From Bdellovibrionota bacterium (lineage in GTDB: Bacteria > Bdellovibrionota > UBA1018 > UBA923), in assembly GCA_040754655.1 (NCBI GenBank), contig JBFMCE010000059.1, positions 1 to 24,484 on the forward strand: DNA of 24,484 nt, given 5' to 3'. Both the position numbers and the translations under genes were made by a program. Shown piece after piece: positions 7,859 through 15,823 of the stretch; the stretch's first letter is position 1, and each line of letters opens with the position of its first letter. The notes beneath the pieces were generated by a model. That model saw only the letters and a program-made list of their open reading frames with translations, ran no database searches and had not been told where the DNA came from.

Positions 7859-9328
7859 TCAGTGTCTTTTTGACTTAAGCCGGAGTTCAAACTGAGCCGG
7901 TCCTTTACCTGTGGGGCGAAAGATGCCAATCTCGTAGAACCCATGGTTGGATTCTTTTTTTGCCAAGCGTTTAAACTCCTGGATTACGACAGAGAGAGCT
8001 GCTTTGCATTCGAGGTTGAAGCCACAAAAATGCATTTTAGGACTTGCAACCACGTTGAACGGCGTGATCTGAATCTCTTCCAGATTAAGAAGACCGCTCA
8101 AACGGATCGCTTCCTCCCAATCGCTTCGGTTCGCCAAGGCCAAGATCTCTGCCGGGGGCCTGGGACGAGCCGAGAGCGCACGGTCTGCTGATCTCTCGAC
8201 GGAACCCAGTAGAAATGAGCAAAGGACATTCTTTGTCAAAGAATTACCTTTCTCTAAATCCAGTAACTTATCGTCGTATTCGCACCCATGCTCTTCAGCG
8301 AACTTCTTGAAACTTGCGAGCTGCTGCTTGCAACGTTCAAAGTTAAATTCAGATGTGTTTGAGCGGGAGTAACATTCTGTAAGCATTTTTTCAGGAATGA
8401 GACCCACCAGCTGGTGAATAGCGCCTTGATGCATATCCTTCGACTCAAGATCAATCTTCGCATCACTCAAGGCAGCCTCCATTTTTCCCACCTCAACGTC
8501 ATCAGGCAGTGGCAAAGAAAAATCAGGTGTGAAATCGATAGTAAGCGGCAACCTCTTGGGTTCAATTTGCGCATCAAGATCAGCGTCAAAGTCTTCGAGC
8601 AAGGCAAAACGCTCGCAATCAACCGCTGAAGACAAGATCTCAAACGACTTGTCGAAGTTCGCAAGCTCATCCACCGCCGATAAATAAACGACGCAATCTT
8701 TCATCTTCTTGTTCTCAGGCTTCCGACAGAATGCACGGCGCTCAATCACGGCTTTGTAGCGTGAGACACCAGTATCGCGAACCTGATCCGTGCATCGTGC
8801 GACGGAGTCAGGATCGCTAAACTCTTTGGTGCAATCAGGCAATAAGAGAACAGGCCTTGAGCCCGCAAGATCTGTCACCGTGAGAAGGCGAACCTTGGGG
8901 AATGCACCTACAACAATTTCAAGCGGTTTATCGAAAGGATGAGTAATATGGTCATGTCTGGGAATGGGTGGAGGATTGGGATAGTGCCACCACTGGCTCA
9001 ACCGATGGGTGACAGTTTGGCGTAAACTGAGATTTTCGCTTCCCCAGCTGAAATAATGAATTGAATGCAACGGCGGTTGCAGCGCATCTTTGAGCTTTGG
9101 GTCCACTGGCATGCCCAAAGGTTTCGTCGGCACGCACGCGTCACCATCGGGGTCATGAGAACTGGGCTTGTCCCCGAGATAAAACCGCGTGCAGTTGTAG
9201 TGTTGCTTTGTAAAAAGGTCGCGCACCTGCTCTAACATCTTCTGGTCTTCAGAGTTTTGAGAGAACCCCCAGGGGTCTGAAAGAAAGAAGAGAATCGAAA
9301 CCAGCGCGATAGGAACGCGTTTTTTCAT
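7859..9328 (-). CDS. Secreted Cys-rich hypothetical protein (489 aa)
   Basis: Signal peptide, about 13 Cys mostly in pairs; starts 3 nt after the stop of the sigma-ZAS fusion gene. Confidence 0.8.
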   Translation of the reverse strand: MKKRVPIALVSILFFLSDPWGFSQNSEDQKMLEQVRDLFTKQHYNCTRFYLGDKPSSHDPDGDACVPTKPLGMPVDPKLKDALQPPLHSIHYFSWGSENLSLRQTVTHRLSQWWHYPNPPPIPRHDHITHPFDKPLEIVVGAFPKVRLLTVTDLAGSRPVLLLPDCTKEFSDPDSVARCTDQVRDTGVSRYKAVIERRAFCRKPENKKMKDCVVYLSAVDELANFDKSFEILSSAVDCERFALLEDFDADLDAQIEPKRLPLTIDFTPDFSLPLPDDVEVGKMEAALSDAKIDLESKDMHQGAIHQLVGLIPEKMLTECYSRSNTSEFNFERCKQQLASFKKFAEEHGCEYDDKLLDLEKGNSLTKNVLCSFLLGSVERSADRALSARPRPPAEILALANRSDWEEAIRLSGLLNLEEIQITPFNVVASPKMHFCGFNLECKAALSVVIQEFKRLAKKESNHGFYEIGIFRPTGKGPAQFELRLKSKRH

Positions 9329-9331
9329 TCG

Positions 9332-10147
9332 CTAAAGTTTCTTCGAGAAGATCATCTGCAAAATAAAAAACACCGCAAGGCTCGCCAACAGCACTCGCAC
9401 TTGTGACTCATCAATGACACGCAGGAGGCCTGGCCAAGGGCTCGGGCCTTTTCTGTTTTTCAATTTAAGCGCTGTAAGAGTTACTTGCTCGACCTGCTTC
9501 TTGAACTCATTGTCGGGCTCGACCGAAGGAACCGAGCTCGCCCAATCGAGATATTGTTTCTTGAAATAACTGAAGCTCGTGCGACAAGTATCACAATCAG
9601 CCATGTGCTCATGCAACCTCGTTCCCGTGTCGGGGTCGAGATCATTTCCAATGTAATGAGAAAAAACCTCTGGAATTGGCGCCTCAGCGCTCCACCGTTT
9701 GCAATTGGGAACCCAGCGGTCTTCTTCGATTTCAAGACCTGCGGTTGCACCTGTCCAAGACTTGCCGTCCGAAAAAAGAAGGCGTGCGTTTTCAAGGTGC
9801 GAATCGAGTTGGCGTTGGCTGAGTTTAAGCGCACTAGCGATTTGAGCGCGGGTGAATCGCGCTTTCAATTTCAATACGACGGCTGCTCTTGCGATCGCAG
9901 GCATGCGAAAAAAAAGATCCGAACCAAACCCACGGTAAGCCTCGCGATCGGCGAACTCCCACAAGACTCCGGCAAAACGCTCTGAAGTGACTTGATCTTG
10001 CAACGTCAGCGCTACGACAGCATCGGCCACCGCTCGCTCGGCCTTTTCAACCGATTGCGTAACTGCATAACCAAGCGAGAGCCCCCAGCTTTCGGCCCAG
10101 GCAAGGTACTTCTCAGTCATGCGTGCTTTCTGTTCCGGCGTCACCAC
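9332..10147 (-). CDS. Degenerate ECF sigma-like domain + zf-HC2 (ZAS) anti-sigma motif + C-terminal TM helix
   Basis: Sigma2-like LGYAVTQSVEKAERAVADA; sigma4-like MPAIARAAVVL...TRAQIASALKLSQRQLDSHLENARLLF; H181-x3-C185-x2-C188; TM at about aa 252-267. Confidence 0.7.
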   Translation of the reverse strand: MVTPEQKARMTEKYLAWAESWGLSLGYAVTQSVEKAERAVADAVVALTLQDQVTSERFAGVLWEFADREAYRGFGSDLFFRMPAIARAAVVLKLKARFTRAQIASALKLSQRQLDSHLENARLLFSDGKSWTGATAGLEIEEDRWVPNCKRWSAEAPIPEVFSHYIGNDLDPDTGTRLHEHMADCDTCRTSFSYFKKQYLDWASSVPSVEPDNEFKKQVEQVTLTALKLKNRKGPSPWPGLLRVIDESQVRVLLASLAVFFILQMIFSKKL

Positions 10148-10154
10148 GAGATCA

Positions 10155-10184
10155 AGTGTATCACTTCATTTTTAGGGTTTGCCA
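10155..10184 (-). promoter_or_regulatory. Sigma70 promoter with extended -10, 7 nt before GTG 10147 (leaderless-type)
   Basis: TGGCAA-N18-TACACT with TG extension (TGaTACACT); no SD. Confidence 0.55.
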
Positions 10185-10286
10185 TCGGACAAAGGCCATA
10201 GTGGCCGGTTTATGGACTTTTTTGCCTAATAATAACGCCATGCCGCAGTCTTGGCTGGCTTACTTCAGGAAAAGCGATGAACGGAA

Positions 10287-10922
10287 TCACTCAGGATCAA
10301 GCCCAAAAGTGGTGGGCTCAGGGTAAAAACCCCCTCTGAGGATGGTACCGTCTGCAGGTTTTCGGACGGCAGACTTTTCGTCTTGTCTTTCGCCTTCCCG
10401 AGACTCGGTCTCTCGAAGGCTTGAAGGAACCAAGGGCACTGCATCGGCGTATTCCTTCCAATCGATCTCGGAAATCTCGCTAAACTCACCGATATCAATA
10501 AAACGACACTCAAGCTTGAGATTCCAGGCAGCACTCTCGTATCCACCACCCGTGTAGTTCAAATCTGGAAGAGCAGGAGCCCTATGAACATGCTCAACCC
10601 CGCCGTCTGCGCGCGTCAAGGTTGCCACTTGCCGGCTTGTTTGAGCATCAAACTTCACCTCAAAGCTTCCGTTCCAACGACAACCTTTCAGGTCTTCGGA
10701 TTGGATCGACATCTTGTAGTCATCGAATGAAAACGAATTTGAAAAAGATCTTCGGCCTGCCATCTCACGCACAGCCCCGATCCATTCGCCGAGCACTGCC
10801 GAGTCGTCGCCGCAGCTGAGCCTGCAAAGAAATCGGTACATCGGTCTTGAGTTGCTTTTGACTTCATCGGCCGAAACATCGGTTTGCGGTGCCATCAGTA
10901 AGGCTAACAAGAGCCAGCGCAT
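10287..10922 (-). CDS. Secreted hypothetical protein, paralog of 10929-11741
   Basis: Signal peptide; CxxxC...C...EH...LEC pattern shared with the neighbouring gene. Confidence 0.75.
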   Translation of the reverse strand: MRWLLLALLMAPQTDVSADEVKSNSRPMYRFLCRLSCGDDSAVLGEWIGAVREMAGRRSFSNSFSFDDYKMSIQSEDLKGCRWNGSFEVKFDAQTSRQVATLTRADGGVEHVHRAPALPDLNYTGGGYESAAWNLKLECRFIDIGEFSEISEIDWKEYADAVPLVPSSLRETESREGERQDEKSAVRKPADGTILRGGFYPEPTTFGLDPE

Positions 10923-10928
10923 GCGCTT

Positions 10929-11741
10929 CTACTCTTGCGTTACGGTCGCGGTCTCTGTCGCGACTGACGCAGTATCGGCTTCAAGCTCAATGCGCATGTA
11001 GCTCGCGGTCGAACTTTCAGCTGCATCGAGATCACCTAAATTCTCACTCACGCTAGCGCTTTTAGCAGGGGCCAAAGTCGACGTCACCGAGCGCGAGATG
11101 CTCGCCGTGTTGGTGATCAACGGAGCCGACGTCGCGGTTTCGACGAGTTTTACCTCATCAGCCTGAGCCTCGACCTTTGCGGTTTCTTGTGGCTGCACTT
11201 CTGCTTTCGGCATTTCTACGATTTTTTCCGCAGGAGAGAACGGAACCTCGAGTGCCCATTCTTCGTGACCAATGATTTGGCTTTTGCATTCAAGAGAAAC
11301 GCCCAGAGAATCATTTAAGAAGTACAGCTCAAGCGCTTCAGGACTATCGATATCCTGTAGAGACTGTGAATGCTCAAAGCGAGTTTGTCCCTTTTGACCT
11401 TTCATCTTGACGGAAAGAGCGTCTCCAACAAGAGAAATGTCAACTTTACCTTGAAGAGGACATGCGGGTAACTTTTCAAGGTCGACGACCATTTTTGAGG
11501 GATCCATTTTATTGGGGAAGCTCAGCCAGTTGGGAGCGCCTTTCTTTGAGCCTAAAAGACCCGATGCGCTCATCTTTGCGTTAAGCAAATCTGGAGCGGT
11601 CACTTCTACGACCGTTCGTTCGCCGTTGCATCCGATCGCACACATATACTCGTGGCGCTCTTTTGATTCTGCGTGGATATCGCTTGCAGACAAGATTGAT
11701 AGAACGATGGTGGAAAACAGAAAAAGCCCTGTTTTGAACAT
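10929..11741 (-). CDS. Secreted hypothetical protein with Ala/Thr/Ser/Glu-rich tail
   Basis: Signal peptide ending IHA, AAGGAG SD, four conserved Cys, low-complexity C-terminus. Confidence 0.8.
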   Translation of the reverse strand: MFKTGLFLFSTIVLSILSASDIHAESKERHEYMCAIGCNGERTVVEVTAPDLLNAKMSASGLLGSKKGAPNWLSFPNKMDPSKMVVDLEKLPACPLQGKVDISLVGDALSVKMKGQKGQTRFEHSQSLQDIDSPEALELYFLNDSLGVSLECKSQIIGHEEWALEVPFSPAEKIVEMPKAEVQPQETAKVEAQADEVKLVETATSAPLITNTASISRSVTSTLAPAKSASVSENLGDLDAAESSTASYMRIELEADTASVATETATVTQE

Positions 11742-11779
11742 ACAACTACTCCTTTAAATCTCACTCATCAAAGAAGTAG

Positions 11780-11795
11780 AGCAAGGCCTGGGCCA
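11780..11795 (-). promoter_or_regulatory. Sigma54 (-24/-12) promoter
   Basis: TGGCCCAGGCCTTGCT on the minus strand, about 40 nt upstream of ATG 11741. Confidence 0.7.
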
Positions 11796-12004
11796 AATCA
11801 TTGGCCTATAGAAAGCATAGGCAAGCACCTGAAATACAAAGCAAAACCTATTTTAACCCTCAAAAACGCCGTCTAAAAACTGGCCACCTGCTCAGCTCCC
11901 GATCAGCCCTTAAAACCGCCACGCTTTTGCACATCCCGGAAGTTGAAGAAAAACTTTTGATCAGAGGAATCAAAAAGACCGTAACCCTGCAAAAACCAAC
12001 GCAG

Positions 12005-13408
12005 TTAAGATAATCTACCCAATGATTGTTTAGCCTGCGCCAACTGCTTCAAAACCGCAGCCGGAGATGTGCCGCCCTGCGAAGTGCGCGCATTCAAAAC
12101 CGCGCGAGGTTGGATTTCATCCACAACTGAAGGTCTAAAAAGCGTGCTAATTTTTTTTAGTTCATCAAATGAAACCTGTTCCAGCTTTTTTTGATTTTCG
12201 ATGCAGTATCGAACTACCCCACCTACGACCTCATGAGCTTGCCGAAACGGCATGCCTTGCCTGACCAAATGATCAGCCAGATCGGTGGCATTCGAAAAAT
12301 CACCCTCTACAGCGCACGTCATTCGATCTCGATTAAAATTTGCCTTCGACAACATCAATGCCATCAGATCTAAACTCTGCGAAACAGTATCAAGGCCGGC
12401 AAACAAGAACTCTTTGTCTTCTTGAAGGTCACGGTTGTACGAAAGCGGCAACCCCTTGAGCATCGTAAGCGCTCCTATCAACGCGCCAAAGACTTTTCCC
12501 GTGCGCCCCCGAATCAGCTCCGCGACATCAGGGTTTTTCTTCTGTGGCATGATGCTACTTCCCGTGGTCACAGCGTCATCAAGTTCTACAAACCCGTATT
12601 CAGGCGTGCTCCACAAGATGAGTTCTTCTGAGAGCCTTGAAAGATGCGTTGCGATCAACGATGCACAACTCAAAAACTCGACCACGAAATCGCGATCGCT
12701 CACGGCATCGAGACTGTTCTGGGAGACCAACGCAAAACCCAGTTCCTTTGCCACCATCTCGCGATCGAGCGGAAATGAAGTACCCGCCAGAGCCGCAGAA
12801 CCCAGAGGAAGCACATTGAGCCTTGCCGCACACTCTCGCAAACGAGCTTTGTCTCGATCAAGCATCCAAAAATACGCAAGCAAGTGATGCGCGAGACTCA
12901 CGGGCTGCGCGTGTTGCAGGTGGGTCGTACCCGGCATCAACGTTTCAACATGGTTTTCAGCCAAAGATACCAGTGTCGACTGCACTGCTTGAAGCTTCTC
13001 AACGACTACAGAACATTCTCCACGCAAATAAAGCCTAGTCGCAGTCGCGACTTGATCATTGCGACTACGGGCGGTGTGCAATTTTCCGGCAAGCGCGCCC
13101 AATTTCCGAGTGAGCCTTGCTTCGATCTCAGAATGGATGTCTTCGGCATTGTTTTTGGTCATTATCGCCAAACTTCCGCCAGACTCTTTGAGCTCAGCAG
13201 TGATTTCAGACTGCAGTTCGCCCAAAGCGGAGACCAGCGCTTGAGCCTCTTCACTCGTGAGTACGCCTACTTTGCCCAGCATCCTTGCATGGGCAATGCT
13301 CAACCGCAGATCCTCGCTCCAAAGCCTTGCATCAATGGCGATCGAACTTGTGAACGCCTCGACCATTTTGTGGGTTTCTTTCTCAAATCTTCCACCCCAA
13401 AGCTTCAC
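12005..13408 (-). CDS. argH: Argininosuccinate lyase
   Basis: KLWGGRF, HTARSRNDQ, GSSIMPQKKNPD, YNRDLQEDK; its GTG start overlaps the argG TGA stop (GTGA). Confidence 0.97.
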   Translation of the reverse strand: MKLWGGRFEKETHKMVEAFTSSIAIDARLWSEDLRLSIAHARMLGKVGVLTSEEAQALVSALGELQSEITAELKESGGSLAIMTKNNAEDIHSEIEARLTRKLGALAGKLHTARSRNDQVATATRLYLRGECSVVVEKLQAVQSTLVSLAENHVETLMPGTTHLQHAQPVSLAHHLLAYFWMLDRDKARLRECAARLNVLPLGSAALAGTSFPLDREMVAKELGFALVSQNSLDAVSDRDFVVEFLSCASLIATHLSRLSEELILWSTPEYGFVELDDAVTTGSSIMPQKKNPDVAELIRGRTGKVFGALIGALTMLKGLPLSYNRDLQEDKEFLFAGLDTVSQSLDLMALMLSKANFNRDRMTCAVEGDFSNATDLADHLVRQGMPFRQAHEVVGGVVRYCIENQKKLEQVSFDELKKISTLFRPSVVDEIQPRAVLNARTSQGGTSPAAVLKQLAQAKQSLGRLS

Positions 13409-14607
13409 TGACTTTTCCTCAAGTTTTGCGAAAGTTGAAAATACATTTGCTGTTGAAGGCCGAAGTTTTTCACCGTTCCCGTGCTCTCGCGTTGATCAAA
13501 AGCAGTCGTATCAAACGAAGCTAGGTTTTCTGAATAAAGCGCCCAGGCGCTTTTTCTTCCAGCGACTTGCACTGAGCCTTTGAAAAGCCTCAAAAACACC
13601 GTACCAGTAACTCTGGTTTGAGTCTTCGCGATGAAAGCCTCGAGAGCGTCTTTGAAAGGATCATACCAGAGGCCTTCATAAGCGAGCCTTCCCCACTCGG
13701 CATCGACAGAAGCTTTGAATCTCAGTTCCTCTCGAGTCAATACAAGCGCTTCAAGAGCCCGGTGCGCGGTCAAAAGAAGGGTCGCGCCAGGACATTCGTA
13801 ATTCTCTCTCACCTTAAGGCCAAGCATTCTGTCTTCCATGATGTCGATTCGCCCTACCCCATTCTCGCCTGCGAGTGCATTTGCCTTCGCGATCAACGCA
13901 GCAGGGCTTAGTTTGGTTTTTCCGATCGCCACCGGAACGCCGTTCTCAAAGTCGACTTCGATTTCTTGAGCGAAATTCGGAGCCTCGATTGGTGAGCGGG
14001 TCCATTGAAAGATTTCTTCTGGCGGGAAAAAGTCAGGCTCTTCCAAGCGACCACCCTCGATTGAACGCCCCCACAGGTTTTCGTCGATGCTCCAGATTTT
14101 CTCTAAACTCTGCTTGATTGGCACTCCATGGGTTTTTGCGTACTCAATTTCCCAAGTGCGGGTGAGGTTTCTCTCTCGAATCGGAGCATGGATTGTAGCT
14201 TCGGGCATCAGAGCCCTGATGCTGAACTCGATGCGGAACTGATCATTCCCTTTGCCTGTGCAGCCATGCGCAAATGCCGTGGCTCCCAGTTTCTTCGCCA
14301 CTTCGACGGCCTTTGCCGCGATGATCGGCCGAGCAATCGAGGTGCTCAGCGGATAGCCTTCGTAATAACCGTTGGCGCGAACCGCTGCGAAGCAATACTC
14401 CTTGGCGAACTCTTCTTTGGCATCAATGGTGTAGTGCTCGGTTCCCATTGCTTTTGCCTTTTCAGCCGCATCGCGGATGTCGGCTTCAGGTTGCCCGACA
14501 TCCACAGTCACCGTGATAACGCGCTCATAACCATACTCTTCGCGCATCAGGGGGATGCAAATCGAAGTATCCAAACCTCCGGAATAAACCAAAACCACTT
14601 TCTTCAT
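13405..14607 (-). CDS. argG: Argininosuccinate synthase (start reassigned to ATG 14607; 400 aa)
   Basis: YSGGLDTS, HGCTGKGNDQ, SIDENLWGRS; GAGGAG SD before 14607. Confidence 0.97.
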   Translation of the reverse strand: MKKVVLVYSGGLDTSICIPLMREEYGYERVITVTVDVGQPEADIRDAAEKAKAMGTEHYTIDAKEEFAKEYCFAAVRANGYYEGYPLSTSIARPIIAAKAVEVAKKLGATAFAHGCTGKGNDQFRIEFSIRALMPEATIHAPIRERNLTRTWEIEYAKTHGVPIKQSLEKIWSIDENLWGRSIEGGRLEEPDFFPPEEIFQWTRSPIEAPNFAQEIEVDFENGVPVAIGKTKLSPAALIAKANALAGENGVGRIDIMEDRMLGLKVRENYECPGATLLLTAHRALEALVLTREELRFKASVDAEWGRLAYEGLWYDPFKDALEAFIAKTQTRVTGTVFLRLFKGSVQVAGRKSAWALYSENLASFDTTAFDQRESTGTVKNFGLQQQMYFQLSQNLRKSQ

Positions 14608-14629
14608 CGTCGGACTCCTCTCGTATGTC

Positions 14630-14643
14630 TGCATATATATGCA
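14630..14643. promoter_or_regulatory. ARG box (ArgR operator) over the putative argG -10
   Basis: Perfect palindrome TGCATATATATGCA; overlaps minus-strand TTGCAT-N17-TATATA (14662-14634). Confidence 0.8.
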
Positions 14644-14692
14644 TGAAAATCTGACCATGCAAGAAAATTTATGCTTGACTCTTACTATAGAT

Positions 14693-14727
14693 AGCATATT
14701 TATGCATATATGGTGCATAAATATGAA
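14693..14727. promoter_or_regulatory. Tandem ARG boxes spanning the argC start
   Basis: AGCATATTTATGCA (14693-14706) and TGCATAAATATGAA (14714-14727), 21-bp period typical of ArgR tandem operators; TTGACT -35-like box at 14675-14680. Confidence 0.85.
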
Positions 14728-15807
14728 ACAAAAGCTGTTCCGGCCGCCATTGTGGGAATAAGAGGCTACTCTGGCCTTGAACTCGCAGGGCTCTTGCTTA
14801 AACATCCGGGAGTTGAGCTCAAGGCAGGGTTTTCATCCGACCCAGGCTTTAACCTTGGCGACTATCTCGAAGATGAAAAGGCCACCCAGGTATCGATTCT
14901 TAGCAACGAGGACATTGTTCAAACAGCTAGGGAATTTGAGACCCTCTTTCTTGCGACCCCGCCCAAGACCTCGCTTGATCTTGCACCAAAGCTTCTCGAA
15001 GCAGGCTGTCGGGTCATCGATTTGAGTGGCGCATTTCGCCTCAAAAAAGGTTCGACCGAGGAACGGATTGAAAAGTACCAGAAGTGGTACAAGCTTGAGC
15101 ACAACCAACCCGAACTTCTTTCTTCAGCGCACTATGGGCTTGTGCCGTGGGGAAGCCCAGAGGCGCTGCCTTCCGTGCGGTTCATCGCCAACCCTGGTTG
15201 TTATGCGACTTCGGTTTTGATGGCGCTTTTGCCGCTGGTGAAGGAAAAGCTGATTGAGCTCAATACCATCGTGATCGATGCAAAGTCAGGAACGTCGGGC
15301 GCGGGGAAAAAGGCGGAAGAAAACCTTCTTTTCGCAGAGGTCGCCGAAGACTGCACGCCATACAAGGTAGCTCAACACCAGCACCTGCCCGAGATCCGCG
15401 AAATGATCGAAAGGTATACGGGCGAAACCATAGATCCGATGTTCAGCACGACGCTTCTTCCGATCAAACGCGGCATTACGACCGCTATTTACGCCAGGCT
15501 GTCTGCAAGACTGCGAGAAGAACCTCTTTCTTCAGTCGTTGAAAGGATAGATCTGGCTTACGAAAAATTTTATGCAGACTACCCGCTCTTGAAATGGGGC
15601 TTGCTGCAAGAAGAGCCCGGGCGACCTTCGCCCCTTTCTTTGAAACGCGTCGTAGGATCGGCCCGAACCCGGATCCGGTATGCGGCCGAGGGCGATAAAC
15701 TTTTTGTGTTTTCAATGATCGACAATTTGCTCAAAGGGGCGGCCTCGCAAGCAATCGAGAATTTCAATTTGATCCATGGGCTTCCCCTTTTAACCGGCCT
15801 GACTTGA
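14710..15807 (+). CDS. argC: N-acetyl-gamma-glutamyl-phosphate reductase
   Basis: IVGIRGYSG, VIDLSGAFRL, IANPGCY, SGTSGAG, HQHLPEI, DNLLKGAA. Confidence 0.97.
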   Translation: MVHKYETKAVPAAIVGIRGYSGLELAGLLLKHPGVELKAGFSSDPGFNLGDYLEDEKATQVSILSNEDIVQTAREFETLFLATPPKTSLDLAPKLLEAGCRVIDLSGAFRLKKGSTEERIEKYQKWYKLEHNQPELLSSAHYGLVPWGSPEALPSVRFIANPGCYATSVLMALLPLVKEKLIELNTIVIDAKSGTSGAGKKAEENLLFAEVAEDCTPYKVAQHQHLPEIREMIERYTGETIDPMFSTTLLPIKRGITTAIYARLSARLREEPLSSVVERIDLAYEKFYADYPLLKWGLLQEEPGRPSPLSLKRVVGSARTRIRYAAEGDKLFVFSMIDNLLKGAASQAIENFNLIHGLPLLTGLT

Positions 15808-15823
15808 GAAGGAGGGACACGAA

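Noticed and set aside
11802..11817. + strand GG-N10-GC (TGGCCTATAGAAAGCA) and ORF 11801-12013
   Set aside because: Lacks the TT before GC, points at no credible gene, and is partly explained by the GGCCAA/TTGGCC palindrome.
14608..14805. 66-aa N-terminal extension of argG (possible leader peptide)
   Set aside because: It crosses the ARG boxes and argC, is not Arg-rich, and a strong SD precedes 14607.
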